Assembly: GCA_951406725.2 (NCBI GenBank)
Contig: OX597834.1
Span: 34,100,001 to 34,164,000 of the forward strand
Length of the DNA: 64,000 bases
Direction of reading: 5' to 3'
Source of the DNA: Octopus vulgaris
Lineage: Eukaryota
The position numbers and the translations under genes were made by a program. Below the pieces are notes generated by a model. The model did no database searches. It was not told the DNA's origin and saw only the letters and a list, made by a program, of their open reading frames with translations. Positions 1-13,530 of this stretch are shown here, one piece after another. Position 1 is the first letter of the stretch. Every line of letters begins with the position of its first letter.

Positions 1-29
1 AAAGCTTCTGTTTTTTTTGTTTTTTTTAA

Positions 30-368
30 GCATGCTTTGCAACCACATGATTTCAGGTTCAGCTCCAAAGCACAGCATCTCAAGCAAGCATCTTCTGCTA
101 TAGCCCCAGGCCAACCTATGTCTCATGAGTGAATTTGGTAGGCAGAAACTGTGTGGAAGTCCACCGTATGCAGATTGTGTGCGTGTGTGTATGTGTGTGT
201 CTCTAGCATATGACAACCGCTATTAGTTTGTTTACATCCCCGTAAGCTCACAGTTTGGCAAAGGAAACAGAATAAGTACCAGATTAAACAATAAAAGCAC
301 TGGGGTTGGTTTGTCCAAGGTGGTGCTCCAGCATGACCATAGACCAATGACTAAAACAAGTAAAAGAT
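30..368 (+). mobile_element. tRNA-derived SINE (family A), diverged
   Basis: caaccacatg..ggttcag..cttctgctatagcc..gtgaatttggtag..ccagcatgacc..actaaaacaagtaaaaga. Confidence 0.75.
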
Positions 369-654
369 ATAAGGTAGGGATACATTGGATAATATATTTT
401 TTGGTATACTATCCTTGAAAAAATCAAGATGGTTACATCTGGAATTGGTGCTGAATTAGCTTAAATAATAACAAGGAAGGATACATTAGATAATATAGTC
501 CTAGATAGATTATCCTTGAATATAAGACAGGATGGTCATAACTGGAATAACTTTAATCATAGATCAAGCTGATCAAAGCTGACCTGTATTAAACAAGGAA
601 ACACACATTCAGTTATGTAGTCCAAGATACACTAGGCATAAATGAAAGACAGGA

Positions 655-978
655 TAACTGGCACTCCATCAGTCGTGACAAGGGTTCCAGATGATCTGAT
701 CAACAGAACCTGCTGCTTGTGAAATTAATGTGCAAGTGACTGAGCCCTCCACGGACACATATCCCCTTAATGCAGTTCTCAGGGTGGTTCAGCGTGACAC
801 AGAATGTGACAAGGCTGGCCCTTTGAACTACAGGTATTACTCCTTTTTGTCAGTTTCGTGGACAGGAGCAACGTGAAATAAGTGTCTTGCTCAAGGATAA
901 TATGCATCACCAGGACTTGAACACACAACCTTATGATCATAAGTTAAATGCCCTAACAACTAAGCTATGTGCCTTCAA
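655..978 (-). mobile_element. tRNA-derived SINE (family C)
   Basis: Reverse-complement similarity to 4975-5297; related heads at about 29600, 44781 and 61565. Confidence 0.7.
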
Positions 979-2285
979 AATCAGGATGATCATATCATGA
1001 CTGGAATACCTTTGAGCATAGATCAAGTTGATCAAAACTGACCTGTATTAAAAACAAGGAAGGACATGGAGTGCTCCAGCATGGCTGCAGTCAAAATAAC
1101 TGAAACAAGTAAAAGAATAAAAGAATATATATGTGGAAGACTTCCACACAGTTCCCTTTTATTATATTCACTCATAAGGCATTGGTTGGCTCAGGGCACT
1201 AAGTTAAAAGACACTTGCCCAAGGTGCCATGCAGTGGGACTGAACTCCAAATTGTATGGTTGGAAAGCAAGTTTCCTAACCACACAGCCATGCCTGCACC
1301 TATTTGATGAAATAAATAATGAACAAGTGAGGATTATAGACTATTAAATCCTGAATAAATTTAACAGAAAATTATAATTGGAAGAGTGAATTCACAGAAC
1401 TTTTAAATGACACAAACTGCAGTTATTTGAGCATTTTGTGGTCCCAACTAGTGTCTTGTACCCTATCACCTCACATAACTCTTCTCCTCTTTCTCTCTCT
1501 CTCTGTCTCTTTCTCTCTCTCTCTGTCTCTTTCTCTCTCTCTCTTTCTCATACACACATATATATACACATATATACATACATATATATTTATATACACA
1601 CATATACATACATATATCTACACACATATGCACATACACATATATACACACATATACACATAGATATACATACACAAATGTGTGTGCGTGTGTGTATATA
1701 AACTCCTACTTTCTTCACATCTATTGACGTTTGATATTCAAATAAACTTGCCGCTGTTCTTTTTTTTTTGTTCTTTTTTGGGTTTTTTCATCTACACCAA
1801 AAACTAAAACTAATGAGAATAATTAAATCAACGTAGGAGGAAACAAAGTGAAACAAAACTGAGACATAAAAAGGGGCAGTGGAGGCGGAGTGTTGGGGGA
1901 GAGGATCTAGGACTGGGTGTGGAGTTGATTAGATAACTCAATAAAACAAATAATAACATTTCAATAAGATTATTTAACTTAAACAAGATTTAGTAACAAA
2001 GTTACCATAGAAATGGATTTTTTTCCTCATGAGTAAATTATATAACACAGATTGCTGAAGGCATTTTGTTTGCGTTTTCTTCAATAATCACAATTATTAC
2101 ATTAATAACTGCAACTGGAATGCCAGCCTCACAGTTGGAATTTCATTATTTCCTTGTAGTAAAGAAAAAGAACTTTTCTGAATCCCGCAGAAATTATAAC
2201 ATGGTATTGAAAACTCCATGGAAAGCTTGACAAGTCCTAATTGAAGGAAATGAATGCAAAGGGCATAAATACTTGACATTATTAA

Positions 2286-2685
2286 TAAGGCAGTGAGCTA
2301 GCAGAATCGTTGCGTGCTGGGTAGAATGCTTCGTAAACATTCCATCTGTCTTTACGTTCTGAGTTCAAATTCCGCCGAGGTCGACTTTGCGTTTCATTCT
2401 TTCGGAATTGATAAAATCAGTACCAGTTACACACTGGGGTCAATGTAATTGACTTAATCCCTTCCCCCAAATTTGAGGCCTTGTGCTTCCAGTCGAAAGG
2501 ATAATTAATAAGGCAGTGAGCTAGAAGAATCGTTGCGTGCTGAGTAGAACGCTTAGTTGCATTTCATTCGTCTTTACGTTCTGAGTTCAAATTCCGCCGA
2601 GGTCAGTTTTGCGCTTCATCCTTTCAGGATTGATAAAATCAGTACCAGTTACACACTGGGGTCGATGTAATTGACTTAATCCCTG
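2286..2685 (+). mobile_element. Tandem pair of tRNA-derived SINEs (family B, Nin-domain-like)
   Basis: taaggcagtgagctag..gagttcaaattccgccgaggtc..tttcatcctttc..gataaaatcagtaccagtt occurs twice head-to-tail (about 2286 and 2508). Confidence 0.8.
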
Positions 2686-3583
2686 CTGTCTCCCACTTTC
2701 TCACTTTCTCCTGCACTTCCTTCAGGTTGGGTAACCATGTATTTCCTTTGCAGTAGCACACCTGTTTCTATCTTCATTCCTGATCTCCCTCTCTCTAGCT
2801 GGGTAACCTTGTACATCCTTTACAGCAAGACACCTGTATCTGTCTCTCTGTCTCACTATAACCTTTCATCATCTGACACAAGATCACCTCCTCCAGTGAC
2901 CCTCCCCTCTTGAAAGTTTTTTTTTTTGTCTTAAAAGCACCCAGTCCACACTGTAAAGTGGTTGGTGTTCAGAAGGGCATCCTGCTGCAAAAACTTTGCC
3001 AAAACTGAGCTCACCTGTGCTTGTGCCACGTAAAATGTACTAAGTTCGCTCTGCTGAGTGGTTGGTGCTAGGAAGGTCATCCAGCTGTAAAAATCCTGCC
3101 AAAACAGTCACAGAAGTCTGGTGCAAGCTTCTGCCTGGCTGCAGCCAGTGTGAAACCATCTCACCTATGATACTAGCATGGAAGGCAGACGTTAAACGAT
3201 GATGATTATAGTTATATACACACACACAACGAGATTCTTTTAGTTTCCGTCTACCAGATCCACTCACGAGGCTTTGGCTGGGATATGTGGCTGGGAAGAA
3301 AGCTTCCCACTACACAGCCACGCCTGCACCTATTGTTAAATGAATATTTTTTAATAAAATGAAATTTTCCAGAGATACCGGCATAATTGGGGGGGGGGGG
3401 GCAACAACAAATTAGCAAAGGTGAATTAGTTGGTCTGGCTTTTCAGCATGCTATAAGCCTATGTACACCATTTGAAACGTATATGTAGGCAATTTCATAA
3501 AAAAATATCCGTTTATCTGAAAGTTATGACGAAACAAAATCGAAGAGCAGTGGGGCATACTTGTGTATTTATGCCCTGTTAAA

Positions 3584-3790
3584 TGAGCGAGTACTGAAAA
3601 GTTCCTGGCTTTAAAAGTATTTCGAAAGGCTTGGTTGGAGGCCCGACCTTCTGAGTTCTTTTACAGGGATTAGAAAAACTGAAGGACCGCTGCAATAAGT
3701 GTGTGAATATGGGAGGGGAATATGTTGAATAGAATCATAATTAACTGATCTTCCTGTATTTTCTTTTACCCAAAGCCACGAACGTTTATG
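3584..3790 (+). mobile_element. Non-autonomous mariner element, same family as 31045-31248
   Basis: Alignable sequence; FTGIRKTE..NKCV..GEYVE-type remnant. Confidence 0.75.
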
Positions 3791-4097
3791 ATAAATTGCT
3801 AGATTGCTAGTTCCTTTCATATCTTATCAGAGATTAGACAAACTTTAAGTATAAAATGAAGTGGTTTCGTCTTGTAACGAACACCATAACAACACAACCT
3901 ACTCCTAGGAATGTTGTCATACATGAACAAACTCTCGGTAAAAGACGAATAGAAATACCACAAAAGTAGGGCGGTTCAGTGATGACCGGAAAAGATAGTA
4001 GGGGGGGGGTGCAGAGCAAGTGGCAGAAACTTCTACTATAAATGATAGATAAATAAACTTTTGTTGTTGCTGCTGTTTAACCCCCCCCACGTCAGTT

Positions 4098-4398
4098 GAA
4101 ATGCGATCGTTCCGTCTTTATTTCAGATACGACTGTATTATCTAAAGTGTCCTCCTTCATTTTTTTCTTTTGTTTTCCCTTTTTTAAGGATGTGATTTGA
4201 GAGATTTACTGCTATTTCTAGCGATCAAGAAAATACTTCCTTGCCGGCTCAGAAATGCGATTGTTCCGTCTTTATTTCAGATACGACTGTAATGTGTCTT
4301 CCTTCATTTTTTTCTTTTGTTTTCCCTTTTTTAAGGATGTGATTTGAGAGATTTGCTGCTATTTCTAGCGATCAAGAAAATACTTCCTTTCCGGCTCA
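4098..4398. repeat. About 150-bp direct tandem duplication
   Basis: gaaatgcgat...cttcctt.ccggctca at 4098-4251 and 4252-4398. Confidence 0.9.
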
Positions 4399-4974
4399 AA
4401 CAACAACAACAACAGAAAGAAAGTCCAAGAAGTCAGTCTGCTAAATTCATACAAAGCTTATATCAAATCCAAATACACAAATGAATCGCTAAGAAAATAC
4501 CTATACCTTGACAAGAACAGTTCATGGTGCCAGTCAAAAGTTAAGAAAGGTTGTTATTTTAACCGAATTTCTTAACCTTAAATCTATAAAGATTGATTGT
4601 GTTTGTATAAAGGGCGACATGTCATGTTTGCTGAGTGAAGACAGAAGAACGTGGTGTACTTTTTGCCAAGCCATACAATTTTAACACCGCAAACTTCTTA
4701 AAACAGGAGTCTTGTAGAATGTAATCTGAAATTGCTCGAAACTCTTTATTTATATAATTTCTTTGTCATCGGTATTTGGTTGGAGGGGAGGGATTTAGGG
4801 GGCTTGGAGGATTTGTGAGGCTCTTTTCTTTTCTTTTCTTTTTTTTTTTGTTCCAATACCGTTCGTAATCAGGTTTGCCGGTCCCTCGGACGTACTCGGA
4901 TCTTTTACGGCTGTAAACTGCAAGATAACCCATGTCTCCACCCCCAACCAAGAAGGCCGTGATTTTGCAGTGAC

Positions 4975-5297
4975 GACGCATGGCCTAGTGGTTAGGGTAT
5001 TTGGCTCACAATCGTCAGGTAATGAGTTTGATTCTTGGAAGCATCTTACGTCCTTGAGCGAGACACTTTACTTCACATGGCTCCAGTCCTTTCAGCTGAC
5101 AGAAATGGATTGTACCAGTATTTCAAAGAGCCGGCCTTGTCACGTTCTGTGTCACACCGAATCTCCCTCAGAACTACATTAAGTGTATGCATGTGTGCGG
5201 GGTACCCAGCCACTTGCACGTTAATTTCACAAACAGGCTGTTTCCGCTGATCTGATCAACCGGAACTTTTATCCTTGTAACCGACGGGGTGCCAGTA
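4975..5297 (+). mobile_element. tRNA-derived SINE (family C)
   Basis: gcatggcctagtggttagggtatttggctcac..gagtttgattct head (A/B-box-like) and body shared with 655-978. Confidence 0.7.
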
Positions 5298-5306
5298 ATT
5301 TTGCAG

Positions 5307-5545
5307 TAAGGCGGCGAGCTGGCAGAATCGTTAGCACGCCGGGCGAAATGCTCAGCAGTATTTCGTCTGCCGTTACATTGTGAGTTCAAATTCCGCCGAG
5401 GTCGACTTTGCCTTTCATCCTTTCGGGGGTCGATAAATTAAGTACCAGCTACGCACTAGGGTCGATGTAATCGGCTTAATACCTATGTTTGTCCTTGTTT
5501 GTCCCCTCTGTGTTTAGCCCCTTGTGGGTAATAAAGAAATAAGTA
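5307..5545 (+). mobile_element. tRNA-derived SINE (family B)
   Basis: ggcggcgagctggcagaatcgttagc...gttcaaattccgccgaggtcgactttgcctttcatcctttcgggg. Confidence 0.85.
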
Positions 5546-6779
5546 ATATTGCAGTAAAATATTCATATTGTATATTTATTGTTATTCATTGTAAATTTCT
5601 ACAGTGAACATTTCTACATAGATGGATAGTTAATAGCCAAATACTTTACCAGCGTTTAATAATCAATGTAATCAGAAAATATCTGGTAGATCCAACTTAA
5701 TGAGAACATCAGTGGATGTTTCATGGTATCTAACCGGTATTCTTCTGTCCAAGGCTTTTGTTAATCATTATCTCTACTATTTAACATTCGATACACGTGG
5801 ATAGTTTAATAGCCATGCTTTGCTCAAGTTAATTAGGAGCGTAATCACAAAACATTTGCTTTATGGTTGATATCCAGCCATCATTCTCCTGTCCACTGAT
5901 TTACATTCCAAACATTAGCTTAATAATGACTGAGTCGTATTTCAGAGCTACTCTCGCGTGACGTACATGACGGCCAAAGATAAGTTATGAAATATTTTAG
6001 CCGTAAATTTTGGACATCTACAAGAATTGTATCGATTCACTTTTTACAGTAAAGTTTAACTACTCGGGCAAATTTTAAACAAAATATTTTTTATATGGAA
6101 TGCGTGTTGAAATTTTTGAAGGAGAATTGAAAAGTATACCGCACGTGACAAAAATGACGCCTATGTAAAAATAACAACTTTCACCAGAAAATATAAACTG
6201 TTAATTCCTCTGAATTTCTCCAGAGTAGCATAAAACGTTTGATGTATTTATTTACATTGACTTTGAAATTTCCTAAAATGGTAATGAGTTTGCTAGACAA
6301 CAGCAATATGAGGTCGCAATTATCATTTACCTTGTGTGACGTGCGTGACAAAAAAGTGAGGTGACATTTTCAAGGCAAATATTTTATATATCTGCCAAAA
6401 CGTGTATATCCCGAAGAAATTGTCTGGATCCTATAAAGGAGCTGCTGTGGTAGCGAACCACGAAACGTGGTTGGAATTCCTCCTTAGATATATAGATATA
6501 CACGCACATACACACGTGACTGACCAGTCTATTGGATGTTGTTACACATCGCTGGTCACAATGCGCATTTGCATTGTTTTAGTCTTCAAATGACGCCGCT
6601 CCTCTGGTTAGACAAGCAGGCCAACATTACCCCCCTGATCGAAAGTGGGGACTGGAGCAACGTGAAATGAAGTATTTTGCTCAAGAAAAAAAAAACGCGC
6701 CGCCCACTCAGGGAATCGAATATTCGTTTTTCTGAAAGTTATAAAAGAAACAAAGTCAAGGTGCACATTTATTTAGGGA

Positions 6780-7170
6780 TGCTTCTAACCAACCCATCAG
6801 AGGCCATTCTCTGTTGCTATGGTACTATAATCTAAATTAAAAACTTTCATCAAAATTTTATGGCAATTTATGGTCCAAATACCAATTTAATAAATTATGA
6901 CAAAGTTATTTTACTAAATTCTTCATGATTTGCAAAATCAATTCAAATGAAGGCAGTCGTTTTAGGGGTATTTCAACAGAATTATGGTAGCAAAAGGTTT
7001 AAAGTGATCTAAATATAAATCTTCCATCAAAATTTTTATGTTAATTTACGTGGCAAACACCAGCTTCATATCGAATGACAAAGTAATTTTATTAAAATTC
7101 TCCACCAAGATTTTAAATAATTGAAATGAAGGTAGCGTATTTTAATAGAAATATGGTAATGAAAGGCCAG
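6780..7170. repeat. Two tandem units of the same AT-rich family as 44723-45489, opposite orientation
   Basis: cttccatcaaaattt..atgacaaagt.attttactaaattc..atggtagcaaaagg repeated. Confidence 0.6.
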
Positions 7171-7344
7171 AAAAAAAATCGTAATTAAATCTGGATCTGC
7201 TGCTCAAAAAGCAGTCACTGCAAACCAAATGAGAGCCTCCGTTGTTATCGCTGTTGTTGCTGGTTATCTCCAGACGGTATTGATTAAATGAAGCCATGGA
7301 ATCAAAGGCTTTGCAATCGTGGTTGGTCTTTTTTTTTTTTCTTG

Positions 7345-7725
7345 TCTTTTATCTTTTTAAGTCAATGGACTGAAGCCATACTGGAGCACCGCCTTGAAAA
7401 GTATAGATTGAACAAATCGACCCCCCCCCAGTACTTCTTATGGTCAAGTCTGGTATTCTATCGATTTTTTTTACCGAACAGCTAAGTTATAGGGACGCAA
7501 ACAAGCCAACTCCGGTCGTCGAGAAGTCATGGGGAACGAACACAAACATACAGAGACACATATGCTAAGGGCTGCCACACAGTTTCCGTCAACCAAATTC
7601 ATTCACAAGGCATTGGTCGACCTACGGCTATAGTAGAAGACATTTTCCCAAGGTGCTGTGTAGTGGAATTGAACCAGAACACACCTGGTTGCAAAGCAAG
7701 CTTCTTAACCATACAACCAAGCCTA
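7345..7725 (-). mobile_element. tRNA-derived SINE (family A), diverged
   Basis: Similar to the 28975-29375 copy along its length. Confidence 0.75.
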
Positions 7726-9159
7726 CGACAAACAATTTTTTCTTCTTCTTAAAGATATAATATTCCCCTTCCAGACTACATCATCCAACGTGCCCTTTTC
7801 CTTTTAGTACGATACGATATGATTTGAGGGAGTACTGATTGATATTTCTAGCAAGCAAAGCAACCGCCCAGGAGCACCTTTTTTTTGCTCGTACCAACTG
7901 TTTTGTTATTTTCGTGGGTGAAAAATAAAAAAAAACAGAGGTTCTCCTATATCCGTCACACAACTGATTACAGATAGGGCGATGGAGTATTTGCAGTTAG
8001 AAAATTATTCATGGGGTTCTCAAGCCAACATTAAATGTCAATGCTATCTGGAGCTCAGTAACAACAACAACAACAACAACAGCAGCATTATGATCGATGG
8101 GGCGAGTCTGAATTGATTTGCGATGACTTCTTTTTGACAAGCAAATCCAGATTTTATACTCTTTTTCTTATGCAATCTTGTCTAAGCCACGTAATTATAA
8201 ATCATCACCACCATCACACCACATTACCACTATCATCATCGCTGTAGCCATCAACAATACTGTAAACAGCCACAACATCGACACAACGATAGCAACCGCC
8301 AATTATTACCACCATTATCACTACCATCATCACGCCACACCGTCACAGCCACCACCACCAACATCACTGTAACGACAACCACAATCAGCATAATCATCAC
8401 TATCACCATCATCATTACCACCACCTTTATCACTACCACCATCGCAGCCACCACCACCACCAAAGCTAATCACAACTACCACTCACTCACCGCCGCCATT
8501 ACAGCATCACCACTGCCTGTTCAGTCGGGTGTTGAAAATAGTTTCTGAAACTAATATTGGATCACCTGTATGTGACCTACAATATTTTACCAAATTAATT
8601 TGGCATCTTTTACACCTTGTATCGAATTTATCTATTTATTTATTTTTTTCGAATTTTACCTTGGTGTATCGAATTTTAAGCACGACGATCTGCAAATACA
8701 GGGTGAGGTGGTGGAGGAGGAAGATCTTGCTGTGCAAGGAAGAGGATGTCGCAATGCGCGCGTGCGAGTGAGTGTGTGTACGTGCGTATATGCGTATGTG
8801 TGTACTTGCGTCTTTGTATATGTATGTACGTGTGTGTGTGCGTGTGTGTATGTGTGTGTGTGTTATAAATTTTGAGAGTTATCGAAATCGTAAATGTCTA
8901 TTTTAAAATTATTCTCCCGTATTTTTTCACAAACTCATCTAGAAAAGAACTAGATAAAACAAAAATAATGATGCATTGAACAAAATGTCAGACTTGGTTG
9001 AAGAAACGATATCACTTAATGTTGCCTAATGCTTTTTATAAAGGCATAAATGTACCACTTTGCATTTTCCTTCTAACGAAAGAAAATAAAATTATATAGA
9101 TATGAAATGTTTGACATTTTATATACAGTAAGAAAATTTAATTATGATATACTTGTCTC

Positions 9160-9537
9160 ACATATAAAATACCAGACTCAAATATAAAAATAAAACGAAG
9201 ATCAGATATGAAATCTAAGATCGAATATAAAATTCAAATATCAAATTAAAATATATGTTTGGAACTAGTATAAAATACCAGTCACAAACATAAAATACTA
9301 GGATAAAATTAAAATATAACTAGGACCAAATATAAAAACTGGGATCAGCTATAGAATCAGTCAAAAGAGGATCAAAGATCCTTCCTGAGTCATTGACTCA
9401 TAACGCATCGCCCGGTCCAGGACTCGAAACCACAATCTTACGATCCACCCAACAATAGAATACTAGGATCAGATATGAAATGCAAGGATCAAAGCTAAAA
9501 TACTCAGATCATATACAAAAAACGAGGATCAAATATA
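9160..9537. repeat. Degenerate minisatellite, about 20-nt unit (TATAAAATACTAGGATCAAA-like), split by the Tigger
   Basis: The unit recurs upstream of the element and resumes at 12217-12265. Confidence 0.7.
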
Positions 9538-10725
9538 CCTTTTCCTCGACTTACGACCACAACCAATAAATAAATAAACAATAGATTTTCGGGCAAGCTC
9601 TAACAACGCAAGCCTCCCTCAGACCCAGGTATCCACTGCCTTCCACTATCTCTCACTCAGTTACTTTCAACCATCAGTTGCGTGTGGATTTTTTTACAAT
9701 TGTATCGGAAATACCCCTAAAACGACTGGTAAAAGGAAAATGTTTTCATTTACAGATGCACCAGCTAAGAAGTCAAGGAATATTTCGACTGTAAAATGAA
9801 GATTATCTGGAAGTACGAAGGCGGAAAAAAGGTGAATAGTATGTGACTTGAAGTTATCACATTCCACGATAACGACGATACTTAAAAGGACAAAGAAAGA
9901 ATTCGTGAAGCTGTGAAATGTTTTGCGCCTATGAAGTCTACAATTTTAACCAAACAACGACAGGAATCCATCCATGAAATGGAAAAATTGTTATCCGCGT
10001 GGATGGAAGATTTAATACAGAAGAAAAACACCCGTGAGCCTTCTCACAGCGAAAACAAAGGCTAGAAGTCGGTTTCAGACTCTAAAATCACACACTAGAG
10101 ACGATTATGCACATTATTTTCGCGCTAGTAATGGGTGATTTATGCGTTTCAAAAAAAAAAGATTTGCTTTGCATAATGTACGTGTCACAGGAGATGCAGG
10201 AAGTGCAGATGAAGATAGAGCCCAAAAATTCGTTGACGAATTAATTGAAAAAAAAAAGCTTTTATACCAGAACAAATATTCAACGAAGACGAAACCAGCT
10301 TGCTATAGAAATGAATGCCTACTCGCACGTACATACACCAAAAAATGCCGCGGGTTTTAAGCTGAAGCCTTTTCTAATCTATCATTCAGAAAACCCTCGT
10401 GCATTTAGGAACATACACTGCCTGTTTACTATCATTTAAACAGTAAAGCTTGGATGACTCAAGCACTGTTCGAAGACTGGTTCATGAACTGCTTCACTAC
10501 CCAGGCTCTTACTCTTTTACTTGTCTCAGTCATTTGACTGTGGCCATGCTGGAGCACTGACTTTAGTCGAGCAAATCTATCCCAGGACTTATTCTTTGTA
10601 AGCCTAGTGCTTGTTTTATCGGTTCTTTGCCGAACAGCTACGTTACGGGGACGTAAACACACCAGCATCGGTTGTCAAGCGATGTTGGGAGGGACAAACA
10701 CAGACACACAAACATATACAAACAT

Positions 10726-10802
<77 letters not shown>

Positions 10803-12216
10803 CATATATTCGACGCGCTTCTTTCAGTTTCTGTCAACCAAATCCACTCACAAGCCTTTGGTCGGCCCGAGGCTATAGTAGAAGACACTTGCCCAAGGTG
10901 CCACGCCCAGGGTGCCACGCAGTGGGACTGAACCCGGAACCATGTGGTTCACGCCTCGTGAATATTATGCAAAAAGAGGTATCCCTTTCAAGATTTTATT
11001 GATTGTGGAGAATGGCCCCGGCCACCTGCCTCGTTTGGACGACCTTCATCCTGACGTTAGAGTGGTTTTTATATCGCCTAACACAACCGCTATCATCGAG
11101 CCCATAGATCAGAAGACTATTTCTATATTTAAGGCTTATTACCTCAAAACGACTTTCACACAAGCCATGGAAGCAGTACAACATTCTTCAGTGCATCGAG
11201 AATATTTCGACCGCATGGGAGCGTGTACCAAAGAAGTGTATGTCAGGAATTTGGAAACAGTGCCTCAAATGCTATGTGAGTACATTTGAAGGATTTGAAC
11301 AAGAAGAGGAACTAGAAGTGATGAGAAGAGACAGTTAAACTTGCAAACACTCTAGAATTAGAATGTGAAATAGATGTAGAGGAATTGCTAGTTTGCGAGA
11401 CAAAAGAATTTTCAGACGGAGTGGCAGAAGAAAAAGCAAGAAAAGAAGAGAAAGATGAGCCAGAAAAGAAATTCAAGGCAAAGGGTTTATCTGATTCGTT
11501 TTCGCGATTGAATAAAGCCAGTTTCGGAGCAATGGAACCTAATGTCGAACGATTTGCAAAAGTTGAACGTATCATTCAAGATTCTGTGCGTTGTTATCGA
11601 AAGATATGTGACGAAAAAGAGAAAAACACTGTTCAAGTAAAGCTCACCACGTTCCTCGGAAAACCATCTCTTTCTTTATTTCCTCGGAAAACCATCAACC
11701 TCAACCCAAGAACATGACTGAGAAGATTAAAAATTTATTTTCGTTTGCGCTTTTTTCACAAGAACAATTTTTTTTGTTATATGTATGTGGAATTTCATTT
11801 GTATTAATTTTTACATAAATTTTAAATTGTATTTTTGTTTACAGTACAATGTACATATATATTTCTTACGCCATGTTTCCTATTACAGGTTTCCTTGAAA
11901 CCCAGATTTCACCATATTTAAATTTATTAATAGAGATATTTTAATGCCAAATTCAGAATTTTATTTTTTTATACCAAGATCCTGGCTATTAAAACTTTTG
12001 GCAGCTTAACGAACCAGTTATTAAATACGTTGACATCTCACAACTGGTTGTATATAAACATAAAATAAATAATTATGGATTAAATTTTTGTGTTTTATAT
12101 TTTTATAACCCGTTTGAATGAAAATAGTGTTGAAAAATATAAATCCGAAATACGACCAGATCGACTTACGACCTGTCAGTCGGAACGGGGATCAGTCGTA
12201 AGTCGAGGAGAAGCTG
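9538..12216 (+). mobile_element. Decayed Tigger/pogo DNA transposon (CENP-B-type HTH plus DDE_1 transposase pseudogene)
   Basis: TIR cores tcctcgacttacgac / gtcgtaagtcgagga with TA at both ends. Frameshifted peptides include STITTILK, MEKLLSAWMED, FRASNG*FMRFKK, NVRVTGDAGSAD, LIYHSENPRAF, KAWMTQALFEDWF, LLIVENGPGH and SPNTTAIIEPIDQ. Confidence 0.9.
10507..10949 (-). mobile_element. tRNA-derived SINE (family A) with internal CA/TA tract, nested in the Tigger transposase
   Basis: Same sequence as copies at 28975, 43815 and 50003; interrupts the transposase between KAWMT and LLIVENGPGH. Confidence 0.85.
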
Positions 12217-13246
12217 TATAAAATACGAAGATCAAATATGACACAAGGATCAAGTATGAAATCCATATTTTATATTCCTAATAGCAAAGTAAACTTGATC
12301 AGTCTTTCAAACTTTATATTGACGGGTTTGTTTCTGAGTGGAAACTATTACAGGTTTCCTTGAAACCCAGATTTCATCATATTTAAATTTATTAATAGAG
12401 ATATTTTAATGCCAAATTCGGAATTTCATTTTTTTATATCAAGATCCTGGCTGTTAAAACTTTTGGCAGCTTAACGAACCAGTTATTAAATACGTTGACA
12501 TCTCACAACTGGTTGTATATAAACATAAAATAAATACATAATTTTAAATTGTATTTTTGTTTACAGTACAATGTACATATATATATTTCTTACGCCATGT
12601 TTCCTATTACAGGTTTCCTTGAAACCCAGATTTCACCATATTTAAATTTATTAATAGAGATATTTTAATGCCAAATTCAGAATTTTATTTTTTTATACCA
12701 AGATCCTGGCTATTAAAACTTTTGGCAGCTTAACGAACCAGTTATTAAATACGTTGACATCTCACAACTGGTTGTATATAAACATAAAATAAATAATTAT
12801 GGATTAAATTTTTGTGTTTTATATTTTTATAACCCGTTTGAATGAAAATAGTGTTGAAAAATATAAATCCGAAATACGACCAGATCGACTTACGACCTGT
12901 CAGTTGGAACGGGGATCAGTCGTAAGTCGAGGAGAAGCTGTATAAAATACGAAGATCAAATATGACACAAGGATCAAATATGAAATCCATATTTTATATT
13001 CCTAATAGCAAAGTAAACTTGATCAGTCTTTCAAACTTTATATTGACGGGTTTGTTTCTGAGTGGAAACTATTACAGGTTTCCTTGAAACCCAGATTTCA
13101 CCATATTTAAATTTATTAATAGAGATATTTTAATGCCAAATTCAGAATTTTATTTTTTTATACCAAGATCCTGGCTATTAAAACTTTTGGCAGCTTAACG
13201 AACCAGTTATTAAAAACGTTGACATCTCACAACATAAAATAAATAC
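11818..13246. repeat. Near-identical tandem duplication (about 724-bp period) containing four copies of a 190-bp unit
   Basis: ctattacaggtttccttgaaacccag starts at about 11880, 12346, 12604 and 13069; the Tigger right TIR ends at both 12216 and 12940. Confidence 0.9.
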
Positions 13247-13326
13247 ATACTCGCTCATAAATATAGGGAAATGTATACAGTTATTTTAAGACAACAATGA
13301 GTCATATACACACCACACACATTATG

Positions 13327-13381
<55 letters not shown>

Positions 13382-13530
13382 AGGTGAAATAGCTGTCCCT
13401 CAAGTCCCATTTCTCGTGAGAAAAGGAAAGTATGTTTACTTTTTCTTTTTCATTTTTTAGTATTCCCGTATTTCATACAAGGGAAACTTCAATTTCTTTC
13501 AATACACACACACATACATATACATACATA

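Noticed and set aside
4766-4981. 71-aa ORF with a GC-richer core (YSRKRSEYVRGTGKPDYERYW)
   Set aside because: It starts inside a SINE edge, runs into poly-A-derived lysines, and has no recognisable homology.
2286-5545. A/B-box-like motifs suggesting tRNA genes
   Set aside because: They are heads of multicopy SINEs and lack a full cloverleaf.
6435-6487. GUGGU..ACCAC-GAAACGU segment resembling a hammerhead 3' half
   Set aside because: The upstream core is CUGCU rather than YUGANRA, and stem I' is not adjacent. At best a ruin.
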